A stretch of DNA of 64,000 nucleotides from Zootoca vivipara. Lineage: Eukaryota. Both the position numbers and the translations under genes were made by a program. The stretch is taken from positions 5,766,001 through 5,830,000 of the forward strand of contig NC_083277.1 of the NCBI RefSeq assembly GCF_963506605.1, read 5' to 3'. This document shows positions 1 through 16,980 of the stretch, piece by piece. The first letter of the stretch is position 1; every line of letters starts with the position of its first letter. A model generated the notes under the pieces. The model worked only from the letters and a program-made list of their open reading frames with translations. It had not been told where the DNA came from and did no database searches.

Positions 1-535
1 GGCGAGAGCTGTTTCCTAGTTCTGCTGGATTCTATGATTACCAGTAATTGTGGCCAACTGATGTCTGTTTTGGCTTAACGTATCTGCTGTTTTATTCCTT
101 CTGCTTCCTGAATTTTTTGTGCCTGGGTTCCACACTTAAATTTAAACCCAGCAATATGGAAAGTTTGGCCAGCACTAGTAAAAAGTGAAACAGGGCAATC
201 CCCACTTGTGCGCAATCAGCAGACGTGCTCCCGTTTACACACATGCCAAAGACACCTGGCACTAAAAAGGGGGTTGGGATGGAATGGAGGAATTCCCATT
301 TACCTGAGACAGTGGGGTTTCCCTATCGCACGGGGTAATGCAATAAGAACTTGGTGGGTCACGGCAGCCGTAAACTCAAAAATATTGAAAATCACTGCCA
401 CTGGCTGGGCAGCTATTTTTCCAAATGATAGTTTAATCATAGTTCCACAGGCGACAGTATCTCTTAACCTCCAGATTCCAGCATCGTCTTATTTTGGTAT
501 TCTGTCTTTCTTTTACGAAAATGAAAATAAATGAA

Positions 536-601
536 AACCGCCGACCTTCTGATCAGCAAGCCCTAGGCTCAGTGGTTTAACCACAGCGCCACCTGGGTCC
601 C
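536..601 (-). mobile_element. Sauria SINE 5' fragment
   Basis: aaccgccgaccttctgatcagcaagccctagg...cagcgccacctgggtccc matches the other SINE heads in the window. Confidence 0.75.
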
Positions 602-699
602 AATTATATAGTTGTAAACCACCTAAATGACATATTCTTTATTTACTTCGAGCCTTTGCAACCTTGCACCTCAGCCAAAAAGGCTCCCAGAGTGGAAAA

Positions 700-917
700 A
701 AAGAAAAAGAAAAGGGGAGGGGAGGTTCCCGCCGCTCGGCTCCGCAAGGGTTAAGCTGAGCCACAGAGCTGAGATTCCTAGAGCGGAAGGAGAGCCGTCG
801 CCAGAGGAGGAGCTTCCGCTTCCTGTCCCGGGTTCTTCCTTCCTGTGGGAGGTGCCGGGGTGGCGAGGGCATGCGGCTGCTTTGCTTGGAGGATCTTCTC
901 CCGTTCTTTCTCCGCAG
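700..917 (+). promoter_or_regulatory. G1 GC-rich promoter / probable non-coding exon 1
   Basis: CpG-containing; ETS-like CTTCCGCTTCCTGT; donor CAG|gtaatg at 917/918; paralogous to 9350-9590. Confidence 0.5.
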
Positions 918-1769
918 GTAATGCAGCCTATCCTCCTGCCGCTTCCAGGTCCGATGCGGGGAAGGAAGGAGGGCGGGAGAGACCGAGGGAGGTGGAAAGA
1001 GCTGGGACTCCCATAGGGCAGAAGAGGAGCCTCCTGGGAGGACGAAGGCGAGGCGGGCCCCGCGCAGCTCAACCCGAGAGAGAGAAAAAGGTTTTTTAAT
1101 AGAGAAAGAAGAAGGCCCTGCTCCTCTGCAAAATATCTGTTACTTTTAGTTTGTTTTCCAAATTTCTAAACTGCTTTATAAAAAAAAGTATCCCAAGTGG
1201 ATTAAAATAAACAGGGAAGGCAGCTAAAAATCCACAGAACCACGTGGAGACCAATATGCCTAAAGCCATCATTTTAAAAAACAAAGATAGCTAAATATTA
1301 AATACTTCTACCGCCACCATTCTGTGCTTTATCCTCCCTCTCTGTTTGCCTTTTGTGAAATAGGCTGGGAAGATTTACACAAGTTAGAATTTGGGGCTGT
1401 CGGGCAGAGAGTATGGGGAGGGATTAAAAGGAATTCCTAAGGCGTGGGTAACCCTTTCAGGCTTCTCTCTCTGTCTCACTTTTCCAAGTGTTAAATTTAG
1501 TTACCCAGACGTTTTATTAAAGGAAAAGCCCTTATAAAAAAGAAAGAATTTCCATAGGCTGCTCCTTATTTCTCCCTCTTTTTCCACATTTCTGCAAAAT
1601 GCATTTACTGGTCTGTTGATGTATTTAAAATAAATCTCACTCAACACTCTTTAGCCTCTCAGGTCCCGTTTGGTCACCACACTCTTGTTCCGTTTGGGCA
1701 ATTAGGAACTTCCTTTTCATTGTTTTCATGAGTTCTTAGGCCACCATCTTTCATTTCATAGGCTGTGCA

Positions 1770-4700
1770 ATGGCAAAGGACAAACCCTGTGCATCCTCCT
1801 TACGATGCCCTGGAGAGGAAGCGATCACCATGCGTCCAGTTCAGGTAGGAGAAAGATCATTGGGGAGAGATTTGGGGGATCGCTGGAATGTGTCCTTGTA
1901 ACAGAGGGACCTTGTTGCAGGGGCCTGACTCTTAACGTTGTGCTTCTGAAGCTGCTGCCTCTAAGGAAGTGGGCTGGCTCCACTGGGTTTTGTGAATGAA
2001 ACTGTAAACATAACCTAAGGAAAGCCTAGCTGGTGGATCAGGCCATTAGCCCACCTAGTCCAGCATCCTATTCCAACAGATGCCTAACTAGATGCGTGTG
2101 GGAAATTTGCAACCAGGAGCTGAACGCAACAGCAGTGAGGAGTATACTGCCCTTAACGAGTGGAGGCAGTGCTCAGCGATCGTGGCTGGTAGTCGGTCAT
2201 AACCTTATCTACTATGAATTTGTCCAATTCTCTTTTAATTTGGCAGCCGTTTCTGCATGTTGTTGTAGTGAATTGCAGAGTTTAATGGTGTGAAGACGTC
2301 CTTTCTGTTGTTTGTCCTTAATCTGCCTACATTTAACTTAATTGAACGGTCCTGGACTTCAGTATCACCCTAGAGGAAGAAATACCTTCCTCTAGCCTGT
2401 TTCTCCACACCATGCTATTATATTCCTTCTTTAGCCCCTTTGCTGTAAATTAGAAAAATCCTCATAGAGGAGTTTCTGAAATTGGAATCTTCTTTAAGAA
2501 CTAATGGGTAGATGCCATTTGCATTTGTTTATTTTCTAAACACCAAAGGTAAAGAAACCCACACTTGCTCATTGTCCAATTGGATTGGAGGGTACATTGT
2601 TTCCGCCCCCTTCCCTGAAGTATATATGAGGAAGGGAATTGTTTTCTTCTAGGGATTGATTAACATTGAGGAGGTCTCCTTCAGTGTTACTGACGAGGAA
2701 TGGGCCCTGCTGGATCCAGGACAGAGAACTCTGTGTGAGGAGGTCATGCTGGAGATTCATGAGATGGTGGTATCTGTGGGTAAGGATGCTTTTTTATTTT
2801 CTGAATTTAGGAGGGGGAGAAGAGTGGGCTGCCACTTGGATGAGGACATTTTGTGAATAGACTCACTGAGGGGTTCCAGCTCAAGTATTCCTGACAGGTG
2901 GCCCAGACTTCTGTTTAAAAATCTCCAATAATGGAGAGTTCACCACAGTATGAGTGAGGTGAATAGCTGTTTCCAGGGCCTTTGGAATTGTAGGACAGTG
3001 AGGTCCAGGCCCAGAACAAGAACTCCCATCATCCTCTCTGTCCACCAGCCATTGTTGCCAGGGCTGATGGGAGGCCCAAATATTTCAGTCGCTATGGCAG
3101 AACAGTAGGCTGCCCATTTGAGGAGGAGGGTTTTCTGTAGATGATGCAATATAAAAGAAGGAGACACAAGTAACTTCAGGTCCACAATAAACTCCAATGT
3201 GGCATAAATACAGACAGGTATTTATAAAAATGCAGCATTTCATTAGCTTTCCTCTTAATCCACCAGGAGATGTTTGGGGGATCCAGACTGAGAGGGAACC
3301 ATCAGAAGTGGCACCTGAAAGTGCTGAGGAGCAGGAGGAGCAACGAAAACTGCAGGTTCAAGTTGGAACCAGGAGACAAGAGGGGAGAGAAATTCAGAAG
3401 GCAGGGAGAGATTCCACTGCTTCTCAGGTTAATGGAAACCAAATCACCAAAGGGGAGAAAAAGTATAAATGTAAAGTGTGTGGAAAGAGATATCCTTCTC
3501 GCTCAAGGCTTACTTCACATCAAAGAGAGCACTCGGGTGAAAAACCATATGAATGCCAGGAGTATGGAAAAAGCTTCATTCACAATGAGTCCCTCGCTAA
3601 GCAGGGAAGCACTCATATGGGGGACAAGCCTTATAAATGTTTGGAGTGTGGAAAGAGCTTCAATAAAAGTGGAGAGCTCACTTCCCATCAAAGAATTCAT
3701 ACAGGGGAGAAACCTTATGAATGCTTGGAGTGTGGAAAGAACTTTAGGCACAATGCATCCTTCCTTAAGCATCAAAGAATTCATACAGGGGAGAAACCTT
3801 ATGAATGTTTGGAGTGTGGAAAGAGCTTCAGTCGCACAGACTCCCTTACTTTGCATCAAAGAAGTCACACAGGAGAAAAACCTTACAAGTGTTTGGAATG
3901 TGGAAAGAGCTTCATTAAGAGTAGCCACCTCACAAGACATAAAAGAACTCATACAGGGGGGAAACCTTATAGATGCTGCAAGTGTGGAAAGAGCTTCAGA
4001 CAACGTGACTATCTCACTGCCCATCAAAGAACTCATACAGGAGGGAAACCTTTCAAGTGTTTGAAATGTGGAAAGAACTTCAGTTGCACAGACTCCTTTA
4101 CTTTGCATCAAAGAACTAATGCATGCAGAAAGCCTTATAAATGTCTGGAATGTGGACAGAACTTCAATAGGAGAGGCCAGCTCACTAGACATGAAAGAAC
4201 TCATACAGGGGAGAAACCTTATAGATGCTGGGAGTGTGGAAAGAGCTTCATTGACAGTAGCTCTCTCACCTCTCATCAAAGAATTCATACAGGGGAGAAA
4301 CCTTATAAATGTTTCGAGTGTGGAAAGAGCTTCCTTCGGAGTGACTCTCTCACTATGCATCAAAGAATTCATACAGGAGAAAAACCTTACAAGTGTTTGG
4401 AGTGCGGAAAGACCTTCATTCGCAGTAGCAACCTCACAAGACATAAAAGAACTCACACAGGGGGTAAGCCTTATAGATGCTGCGAGTGTGGAAAGAGGTT
4501 TAGTGACAGTGACACTCTTACGAAACATAAAAGAACTCACACAGCGGGAAAAACTTTTAAGTGTTTGAAGTGTGGAAAGAACTTCGGTAGCAAAGACTCC
4601 CTTACTTTGCATCAAAGAACTCATGCAGGTAGAAAGCCTTATAAATGTCTGAAATGTGGAAAGAACTTCAATCGGAGTGGCCAGCTCACTATACATGAAA

Positions 4701-5317
4701 GAACTCACACAGGGGAGAAACCTTATAGATGCTGGGAGTGTGGAAAGAGCTTCAGTCAGAGTGCCGCCCTTAATCAACATCTTATAACTCATACAGGGAA
4801 GAAACCTTATAAATGTTTCGAGTGTGGAAAGAGCTTCCGTAATGGTGACTCTCTCACTATGCACCAAAGAATTCATACAGGGGAGGAACCTCATGCATGT
4901 TTGGAGTGTGGAAAGAGCTTTCGTTATCCTGCATCCCTTACCGTTCATCAAAGAACTCATACTGAGGAAAAGCCTTACAGATGCTGGGAGTGTGGAATGA
5001 GCTTCAGGGAAAGAAGCCACCTTCGTTCGCATCAAAGAACTCATACGGGGGGGAAACCTCATGAATGTTTGCAGTGTGGAAAGACATACCGGCACAGTAG
5101 CTCTCTTACCTCACATCAAAGAACTCATACAGGGGGAAAACCTTATAAATGCTGTGAGTGTGGAAAGAGCTTCATTGACAGTAGCTCTCTTAGCTCACAT
5201 CAAAGAATTCATACAGGGGGAAAACCTTATAAGTGTTGTGAGTGTGGAAAGAGTTTCAGGAAGAGTGGCCACTTTAATCAGCATCTGAGAACTCATACAG
5301 GGGGAAAAACCATATAA
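1770..5317 (+). CDS. G1: KRAB-A C2H2 zinc-finger protein, join(1770..1844,2653..2779,3267..5317), ~750 aa, 22 finger units (2 degenerate)
   Basis: AG/GT-bounded 127-nt exon encoding [43 protein letters not shown]. It ends in phase 1, matching the acceptor caccag|GA at 3267. Upstream 83-nt exon 1762-1844 has in-frame ATGs at 1770 and 1830. TGEKPY-linked fingers. Confidence 0.88.
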
Positions 5318-5749
5318 ACGTTTGGAGTGCAAGAAGAGCTTTAATCAGAGTAGCCAACTTACTAAACATAAGAGGTTTGGTAGCAGAACCTACCTGACTA
5401 GACCTCAAAGAACTCAAATAGGGGAAACATCTTAGAAAGGGTTGGAGTGTAGAGAGATCTTCAGTCATATCAAGAGATCCTACAGGGAGCATATGAAAGA
5501 TTGTGCTGAGTGCTAGAATTGGCTTCTGAATCTTTAATTTTCCTTAACTCTTTTTTCGTAATTGGATTTTTTTTTGGCCTTCCATTTTGGAGGAGAAGCC
5601 TGCCTCTTCAGTATAGAGGCAATTTGTGGCCCTTCTCCTTTAAGCCAGTGTGCGGTACTACCAAGAGTCCAAAGATTGCTCTCCTTGATTTCTTATTCTT
5701 CCAGTGCATTTCACCATTTCTGCATATTCCATTAATTTTAATTGAAAAT

Positions 5750-6055
5750 CTTCCTTAGTGGACTTTTAAAAATAGGATGACGAAAATGTATTGATTATTT
5801 GAGGACACATTGTAAACAAAACGTTAGCGGGATTGATATAAACACATGCAGTAAGAGATAATTAAGGGGAGGATGAGGTGAAAATTAGAAATATACTGTA
5901 TTTGAGTTGGATATGCCGTAACAAAAATATATGAAAGAAATAACCGCAGAAGGGAGGGGAGGGAAGTCGAAGGGAAGGGAAATTAGATCCGTAAAGACTT
6001 TGTTTTTCTGGCTGAAATGTTAGTAAAAGTTGAAAATGAAAAATAAAATTATGTA
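5750..6055 (+). mobile_element. L1-like 3' end fragment
   Basis: Resembles other L1 3'UTRs here (ggaagtc motif, AATAAA, A-rich end). Confidence 0.45.
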
Positions 6056-6060
6056 AAAGA

Positions 6061-6726
6061 GTACAGAGATTGGGCAGGGGAAAGATCCAGGGGAATAGGC
6101 CATCGATTGGTGGGGTTTTGTGGCAGCCGTGAGGCAGGAGATGGGTGGTGGAGGAGAAAAGGAGTCTGGGGAATCAAAGGTGGAGAGGAATTTCAATGAG
6201 ACTCTGAGGTGGAAGACAAAGTCCCAGATAGATTCCAGCCACCGTAGTAATCTCCTCCATTCCCTCCTGCATTGTCTACACGGACAAGGAGCAGCTTAAA
6301 GCAAGAGGAGTTGTCATGCAGGAGAAGCCGCTGGTTGCTTGTCCATGCCACATCAGGTGTGGTGGTGCAATTTGGAAAAGGATCGGGCCAAAGGCATGGT
6401 CTTTGTCTTGAGGCAGCACATCCACGATGTTTAGAGCTAGAGCAACAAGTGCCCTGGGTAACCTTGCAGAAGTACGAGGCAGAATATCTGACCTGCTGAC
6501 TCATCCATCCTCCCTTCATCTCAGGTATCTCCACACCTGCAGAGGCAGGTATGAAAGTCAAGACTGCTTTGCATTCAGGAGGGGTTTCTCACAGCGGTGT
6601 CATACAACGTGGTAAAGCACTAGTTGATCTCTGTATATGTGTTTCTTTACTTCTAAGACCAGAAGAAGTCTGATAGTAGTTGTTAGTGTGTTTATCTTTG
6701 TCCTGTGTCTTGAGACCCTAAACACA
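6061..6726 (+). mobile_element. Possible solo LTR
   Basis: Purine-rich block followed by a U5-like stretch ending in CA; no TSD identified. Confidence 0.3.
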
Positions 6727-6766
6727 ATGTACTTTGAACTGGACCACATGGGAAATGAGTTTTTCT

Positions 6767-7407
6767 TTTCTTTTTTTGCAATAATTTTTATTAAGTTTTC
6801 CATTTCTATGTTCATTACATTATATTCATTACTTTTATCATGGCTTTAAATTCTTAAATTTCCAATCAAATAAAAAGAAAAAAAGGAGAAAAGAAAAGAA
6901 ATGGAGGGAAAAACATAAAGCTAGAAACAAAAATAAAAATATTATTAAGTCCAATTTCTATTCAACTTTATATGTTGGACTTCCATTCTTCTTTCTTCTG
7001 TCTTCCTTCTGTCATCTTTCCCTTTTTCACAGATATTTTCACAGTTCGTTTTAATTTTCTTCTCTCTTTCACAACTTATAAACATAACATTGAATATACA
7101 TATAGTATATAACCTGGCTTTTAGTCAATCATGTATTTACTATACCAAATTAATGAACTTCTTTTGTATCGTATGTTATGTTTTAATATTCATACCCTGT
7201 TATCTTATTGTAATAAAGTATTTTATAACATCTAGTTATGAGGTTGAATTCATTTTGCTAGTATTCATACATTCAACACATCTTACTGATATATTTTTAC
7301 ATATTTCTTTTCATAATGTTTCTTCGCCCTACTGTCAAGTTTTTGCTGTTGATTTAGTTTTTACCTTGTATCCAATTTTCCCCCAATTTTTAAAAAAAGG
7401 GGGGGAA
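6767..7407 (-). mobile_element. 5'-truncated L1 with 19-bp TSD
   Basis: TSD ATGGGAAATGAGTTTTTCT at 6748-6766 and 7408-7426; T-rich tail on the left. Confidence 0.75.
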
Positions 7408-8889
7408 ATGGGAAATGAGTTTTTCTCTTAACGGGAAACTCTGGGAAAAGCTGACTACGGGAAAGCAGTTATACTCTGATGTCCTGCTGGCAGATTCTGC
7501 TGGATACACTGCTGAACACACTGGTTGAAGTGTCACCCACAGATGGAGGGCCCATGTCTGACAGGTTATAGGGCAACTGACTTCTACAAGTCAACCCAAG
7601 GCCTAGAAAGCACATTAGCAGAAGTGGAACATACCGTATATGCCTTGTTGATGTAACCAAGTGCGTTGCCAATTCCTTGTCCTCACCGGTTACTTTGGAA
7701 TATAAACAGAAATATAAAAATGAATAAATAAATATAATAATAAACAACTTGGAGCAGATCTTCCTTTTGTAGCTTATATGTATATCATTTTCTATTTGAT
7801 ATTTTTGCTTATTCCCAGGTGTGGTGCCTAGTCCCCCCTTTTAATTTTCCAGCCTTTCACCATCATCTCTGTTCTTCTGCATCCCTCCCATAGGACCTGA
7901 CATTGATCTCTCAGCTCATTCCTAAGAAAAAGAAAAACGGAATAATTCCTTATAGTGGTATTTACATGCCCATGTTTCAATTTCTTTTAATATCCCCCCT
8001 GGCTCCAAATAATTAAAGCATTTATTCACTGCCATTATTTGCATGCTGCCCAACAAAAGACTACATTCAATAAATACAACAATTTGGATTAAAAATAAGA
8101 TATAAAACTGTAACATTAAGGCAGGTGTCCACACCGATGGAATTCTATTATTGTCAGTAATTGTGGCCTACTGATGTCTGTTTTGGCTTAATGTATCTGC
8201 TGTTTTATTCCTTCTGCTTCCCAAATTTCGTGCGCCTGGGTCCCACACTTAAATTTAAACCCAGCAATATGGAAAGTTTAGTTTGGCAAGCACTAGTAAA
8301 AAGTCCAACAGGGCAATCCACACGTGCCAAAAACACCACTAAAAATGGGTGGGGTTGGAATGGGGGAATTCCCACTTACCTGAGAAAGTGGGGTTTCCCT
8401 GCTGCACAGGGGTAATGCAATAAGAACCTGGCTGGTCAAGGCAGCTGTAAACTCAAAAAGGTTGAAAATCACTGCCCTTAGGAAACAGGAAACAGATTTT
8501 TAACGGTCTAAGCTGATTTTATAGGTATTTTATCGTTCTACACTGGCGGGGCAGCTATTTTACCAAATGATAGTTTAATTATAGTTCCACAGTCAACAGT
8601 ATCACTTAACCTCCAGATTCCAGCGTAGTCTTGTTTTGGTATTCCCGTCTTTCTGTTGTGAAAATGTCGCAGGACCAGCATCTCTCACTAGTACCACCCA
8701 CGGCAGAAAGGATGTATAGATTTGTCTCAAAAAACCATTTTAAAAGGGAAAAAGTAAAAGCATTCCCCTGAAAGTCTGACATTTCGTTTTAGAAGAGGAA
8801 TTTTTTATTTGGCCTGGTTCCATGGTCATGCCTTTCAACTTTATTGTGTATTTTAACTTGGTATGTATGTATTTTATATTGTTGTAAAC

Positions 8890-9269
8890 CAGGGGTCCCC
8901 AGACTTACCGGCGTTTGGGCTGGTTCCCACCGCGCCGATCGCGCGGAGGGCGGGGGAGCGCGCGCCTGTGTGGGCCGGCGGGCGGGGGAGTGCGCGCCCA
9001 TGCGCATGGGCGCTTACTGGCGCGGCGGCGCGCTTCCAGGGTGGAAAAAGCACCGAAAATCCGTTGTGCGCATGCGTATAGGCCTCCCCCGACCCGGAAG
9101 TGCACCAGAAATGACCTCTTCTGGGTCGGCGCTTTTTGGCGCTTTTTTCCCGACCCGGAAGAGCGCTGCCGCGCTGCGCGCCGTAAGAGCGGGCGGGCGT
9201 CGTTGCGGGCCGGATTAGCAGGCCAATTGGGCCGCATCCGGCCCCCGGGCCGTAGTCTGGGGACCCCTG
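8890..9269. mobile_element. hAT (Charlie-type) MITE, 380 bp
   Basis: Perfect 16-bp TIR CAGGGGTCCCCAGACT; 8-bp TSD TTGTAAAC; empty site in the G1 paralog at ~612-619. Confidence 0.95.
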
Positions 9270-9349
9270 TTGTAAACCACCTAAATGGCATATTCTTTAT
9301 TTACTTTGAGCCTTTGCAACCTGCTCCTCAGCCAAAGAGGCTCCCACAG

Positions 9350-9700
9350 TGGAAAAAAAAGGAGGGGAGGGGGAGTCTCCCGCGCGCTCGGCTCCGCAAG
9401 GGTTAAGCCGAGCCACAGAGCTGAGATTCCTAGAGAGGAAGGATAGCCGTCGCCAGAGGAGGAGCTTCCGCTTCCTGTCTCTGGTATTACTTCCTGTGTT
9501 AGGCGCTGGATTGGCGGAGGGATGCGGCTGCTTTCCCTGGAGGGGGCTCTGGGCTTCTCGCGAAGGATCTTCTCTCCTCCTTTCCGCAGGAAAGGCCGCC
9601 TCTCCTCCTGCCGCCTCCAGGTCTAATGCGGGGAGAGTAAGACGGAGGAGGAAAGACCGAGGTAGGAGGAGGAAAGAGCTGGGACTCCTATAGGGCAGAA
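9350..9700 (+). promoter_or_regulatory. G2 GC-rich promoter / exon 1 region
   Basis: Homologous to the G1 5' region; directly downstream of a CpG-rich MITE. Confidence 0.5.
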
Positions 9701-10930
9701 GAGGAGCTCAATCAGGGAGAAAAAAGGTGGCTCGGTAGAGAACAAAAGTTCTCTGCACTGAAAAGATTTCATTTCAAAATGAATTGCTGGTCCTTAACAA
9801 TGTATCCTGGACAGCTGCAGCTGTAGTTGTTTTATATTTTCAATATTTCTAAACCGCCTTTAAAAAAATATATATCTAACAAGTGGAACGCAGGTGAAAT
9901 TAAAAGAGAGAACGCAGGTAAAATTCACAGGCCCATGTGGAAACCAATATGCCTAAAGCCATCATTTCTAAAAACAAAAATAGCTAAGTAATAAATACAT
10001 TTGCTCTCACTGTTCTTTGCTTCTTTCCTCCCTCTCAGCCTCTTTTTTGGCTGCTGTGAAATATACTGGCAGAAAGTATGGGAATGGTGGTGTTTTTTTT
10101 TTTTTTTTTAAATAATCCCAATAGGCATGGACAAACCTTTCAATTTCAGTTTTATCTCTGTGTCTCATTTTCCCCAGTGTTATATTTAAGTTACATTTAG
10201 TTGCCCACATTTTGACATATTATGAAACAAAAGGACCAGTTGGAAATTTAGTTGCCATTTTAGTTCCAATCTTCCTCTTATATTTGCCCTAATATAATGC
10301 ATTTCTGTATATAATTTCCCCTAAAAATCATGCATTGCTGTGTGCTCTTTCACTTTGAACAGGTGTAGAAAATCTTTTATCACCCAGCAAGGCAGATCCA
10401 GATCTTCTTTTCTCCCCACACTCAACTGTAGACCAACTTTGGTGGGTGGGTGACCTTCATAGGGTCAAGGTACAGCCTAAGAATGGAAACCTTAATGCAG
10501 ATGTTCCCCTTGTAACTTACAATATTTTTCTTCTGGTCTGTTTTTATGTTTGAAATTTTCTGGATCCTATATCCAGGATACCAGATTGGTCTCTAGTACC
10601 ACTTATCTAAGGCCAGCAGTTTCACTCTGGACTGGTAGCTGTGTTTTTCATGTCAGTTAAATGGCCGTGACTGGTGGCATTAGGACAGGCCAGAATTAAG
10701 TGTAGATAATCATGACCTTGCCTATTCCTTTACTGAGTAGACGTAAATTGTATATTCATATTTTGAATTTCCAGAACCATTGTTTGCATATGCTGTTGTT
10801 TATTTCTCCATGTTTTCTCAGTGTGTAATGTGCCATTGGTTTCTCTTTCGTAATATTGCAGTCGGACATTTGTAATGCATTTCCTGGTCTTGACATATTT
10901 AATATAAATCTCTTCAAACACATGTTACGC

Positions 10931-11066
10931 CAGGCATAGGCAAACTCCGGCCCTCCAGATGTTTGGGATTACAATTCCCATCATCCCTAGCTAACAGGAC
11001 CAGTGGTCAGGGATGATGGGAATTGTAGTCCCAAACATCTGGAGAGCCGGAGTTTGCCTATGCCTT
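10931..11066. mobile_element. Short palindromic hAT-type MITE (related copies 22757-22883, 23074-23210 and in units B/C)
   Basis: Long TIR caggcataggcaaactccggc; the copy at 23074-23210 has near-TSD tcctcgac/tcctagac. Confidence 0.8.
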
Positions 11067-11221
11067 TCAGATCCTGTTTGCTAATTTGGGCAAATTAGGA
11101 ATTTTAGTTTCAATGTTTTCATGAGTTCTTTGGCCACCGCTTCCCTTTCACAGGCAGTACAAACACATCTGAGCTACACTGTGGATCCTCTCTACCTTAC
11201 CCTGGAGAGGAAGCGACCACC

Positions 11222-15114
<3,893 letters not shown>

Positions 15115-15261
15115 AATTCACTACTGTATCTTTGGTTAATTTTATATTTGCTTTACCCCGGTTTTTTTTTACAATAGACATTTGCTTGGTCTAAGCACTT
15201 TGGGGTCCCATTGTTGGGGAGAGAAGGGTTTTTGCTCTGAACCTTCCTGTTCAGCCAGTGT

Positions 15262-15681
15262 CCGTAAGGGGCAGGAGTCTGAGCAGTGGGCAGGGAGGCA
15301 GGTATTGACAGGGGCAAGCCAAGAGGGAGAGTCCAGTTAGTGGGCGGTGCGGGAAAGAGTTGCAGGAAGGCTCAGAAGTGGAAGAGAAAGACCCTGAGAG
15401 GTTTGAATCCCCTCCCTCCCGTGTGTGGAAGTATTGTCAGCAGATGGTGAGCTCAGGCCTTACAGGTCATGGGTTGGTCAAGTCATAACAAGGCGCCGGT
15501 TTAAGAAAGTTGAAAGGGGCATGATCAGACTGTCGCTCCTACTGTCTGGATCGGAGCACAAGTCTGACACTTAGCTATGTAGGACCTAGTCAAGAAATAA
15601 ACCACAGCAAGTGGATTAATTTTCAAGGCCGTTTCCTGGTTCAGTCTGTATGTTTCTTCACCTCCAACCCTGTGTTGCAAC
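15262..15681 (+). mobile_element. Possible solo LTR
   Basis: G-rich block, AATAAA at ~15596, pyrimidine-rich U5-like end. Confidence 0.3.
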
Positions 15682-16980
15682 GAATGAATGAATTTATTAA
15701 TACGGTCGCAGACCAGCATCAACACGCACAATATCACAGATCATAAAACATATCAAAAATACAAAGGACAGTACGAATGTAGCAAGGATTAAAATATAAA
15801 AATTAAAATTAATTATTAGCTTACCCCCCTGTAGTTAACATTTAGGGGTTTGATCATTATGGGATACCACTTGCTTCCTATGATTGATTGCAGACACACA
15901 GAATTTGGGCTACATTTAATGTAGTCTCGGGATTCTCGTCCTCTACCAGAAGCTTTAAACTATGGTGTATGGTGGTGTTGATGGACTTTTGCAAAACAGG
16001 TGTAATAAAAGTCAAACGTATATCATAAAAACGGCAATACATGTGAAGCAGTTTCTACTTCCATCGAGCCACAAGGGCAAACCCGTGCTGTATATGGTTT
16101 ACCCTCAAATCTGCCCTGCAATAAGGCAGAAGGGAGAACATTAAATCTAACGAGGGTAAAAGACCGTCTGTATTTGGGTATCTGAAGTCCTGACAGGTAG
16201 TTAGCTGGAGAGAAACCTCTCCCATAGTCCCTTATTGCTGAATGTTTGATCATTTCGCTCATGTGGCATTGTAATTCTACGTCCCAGATACACTGGCGAA
16301 TTATAGTCCTAGCTTTCTCAAAGCCTGCCGCTATCAGGGTCTGCTGTGGGGTCCCCAAGCCTTTCAGCTTTTCAAGCAAGGTAAAGGTAAAGGGACCCCT
16401 GACCATTAGGTCCAGTCGTGACCGACTCTGGGGTTGCGCGCTCATCTCACATTATTGGCCGAGGGAGCCGGCGTATAGCTTCCAGGTCATGTGGCCAGCA
16501 TGACAAAGCCGCTTCTGGCAAACCAGAGCAGCACATGGAAACACCGTTTACCTTCCCGCTATAGCGGTTCCTATTTATCTACTTGCATTTTGATGTGCTT
16601 TCGAACTGCTAGGTTGGCAGGAGCTGGGACCAAGCAACGGGAGCTCATCCCGTCACACGGATTCGAACCGCCGACCTTCTGATCAGCAAGCCCTAGGCCC
16701 AGTGGTTTAGCCCACAGCGCCACCTGGGTCCCTTTTCAAGCAATGTAGGTTTCCATTTATCTGATTTCTTCTTGCCAAAGCCAAGGTAACTGCATAACAG
16801 ATATCTGCAAAAACCAATGGTAGTACAGAGAATGCTGCTTCCCAGGCCATCTGGAAATTCCTCCCAGCACGTCTGTGTTGCAATGTACAGAAGCCCCACA
16901 CGAAGTTCTCAGGACTCAACCTTTATTTCCAGTAAGGCTTTATTCCACTTGCAGTCTTGATATCATCATAAAGCAGTCTC
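15682..16980 (-). mobile_element. Non-LTR LINE 3' fragment (RTE-X-like C-terminal Cys domain), interrupted by a SINE
   Basis: RRSFTLVRFNVLPSALLQGRFEGKPYTARVCPCGSMEVETASHVL; (ATTC)n tail at 15682. Confidence 0.6.
16380..16732 (-). mobile_element. Full-length Sauria SINE
   Basis: tRNA-like head, (ACCTTT)n tail, TSD TTTTCAAGCAA. Confidence 0.9.

Noticed and set aside
3197-3266. ORF-track N-termini of G1 (3197) and G2 (13987)
   Set aside because: These segments are intronic, upstream of the splice acceptors
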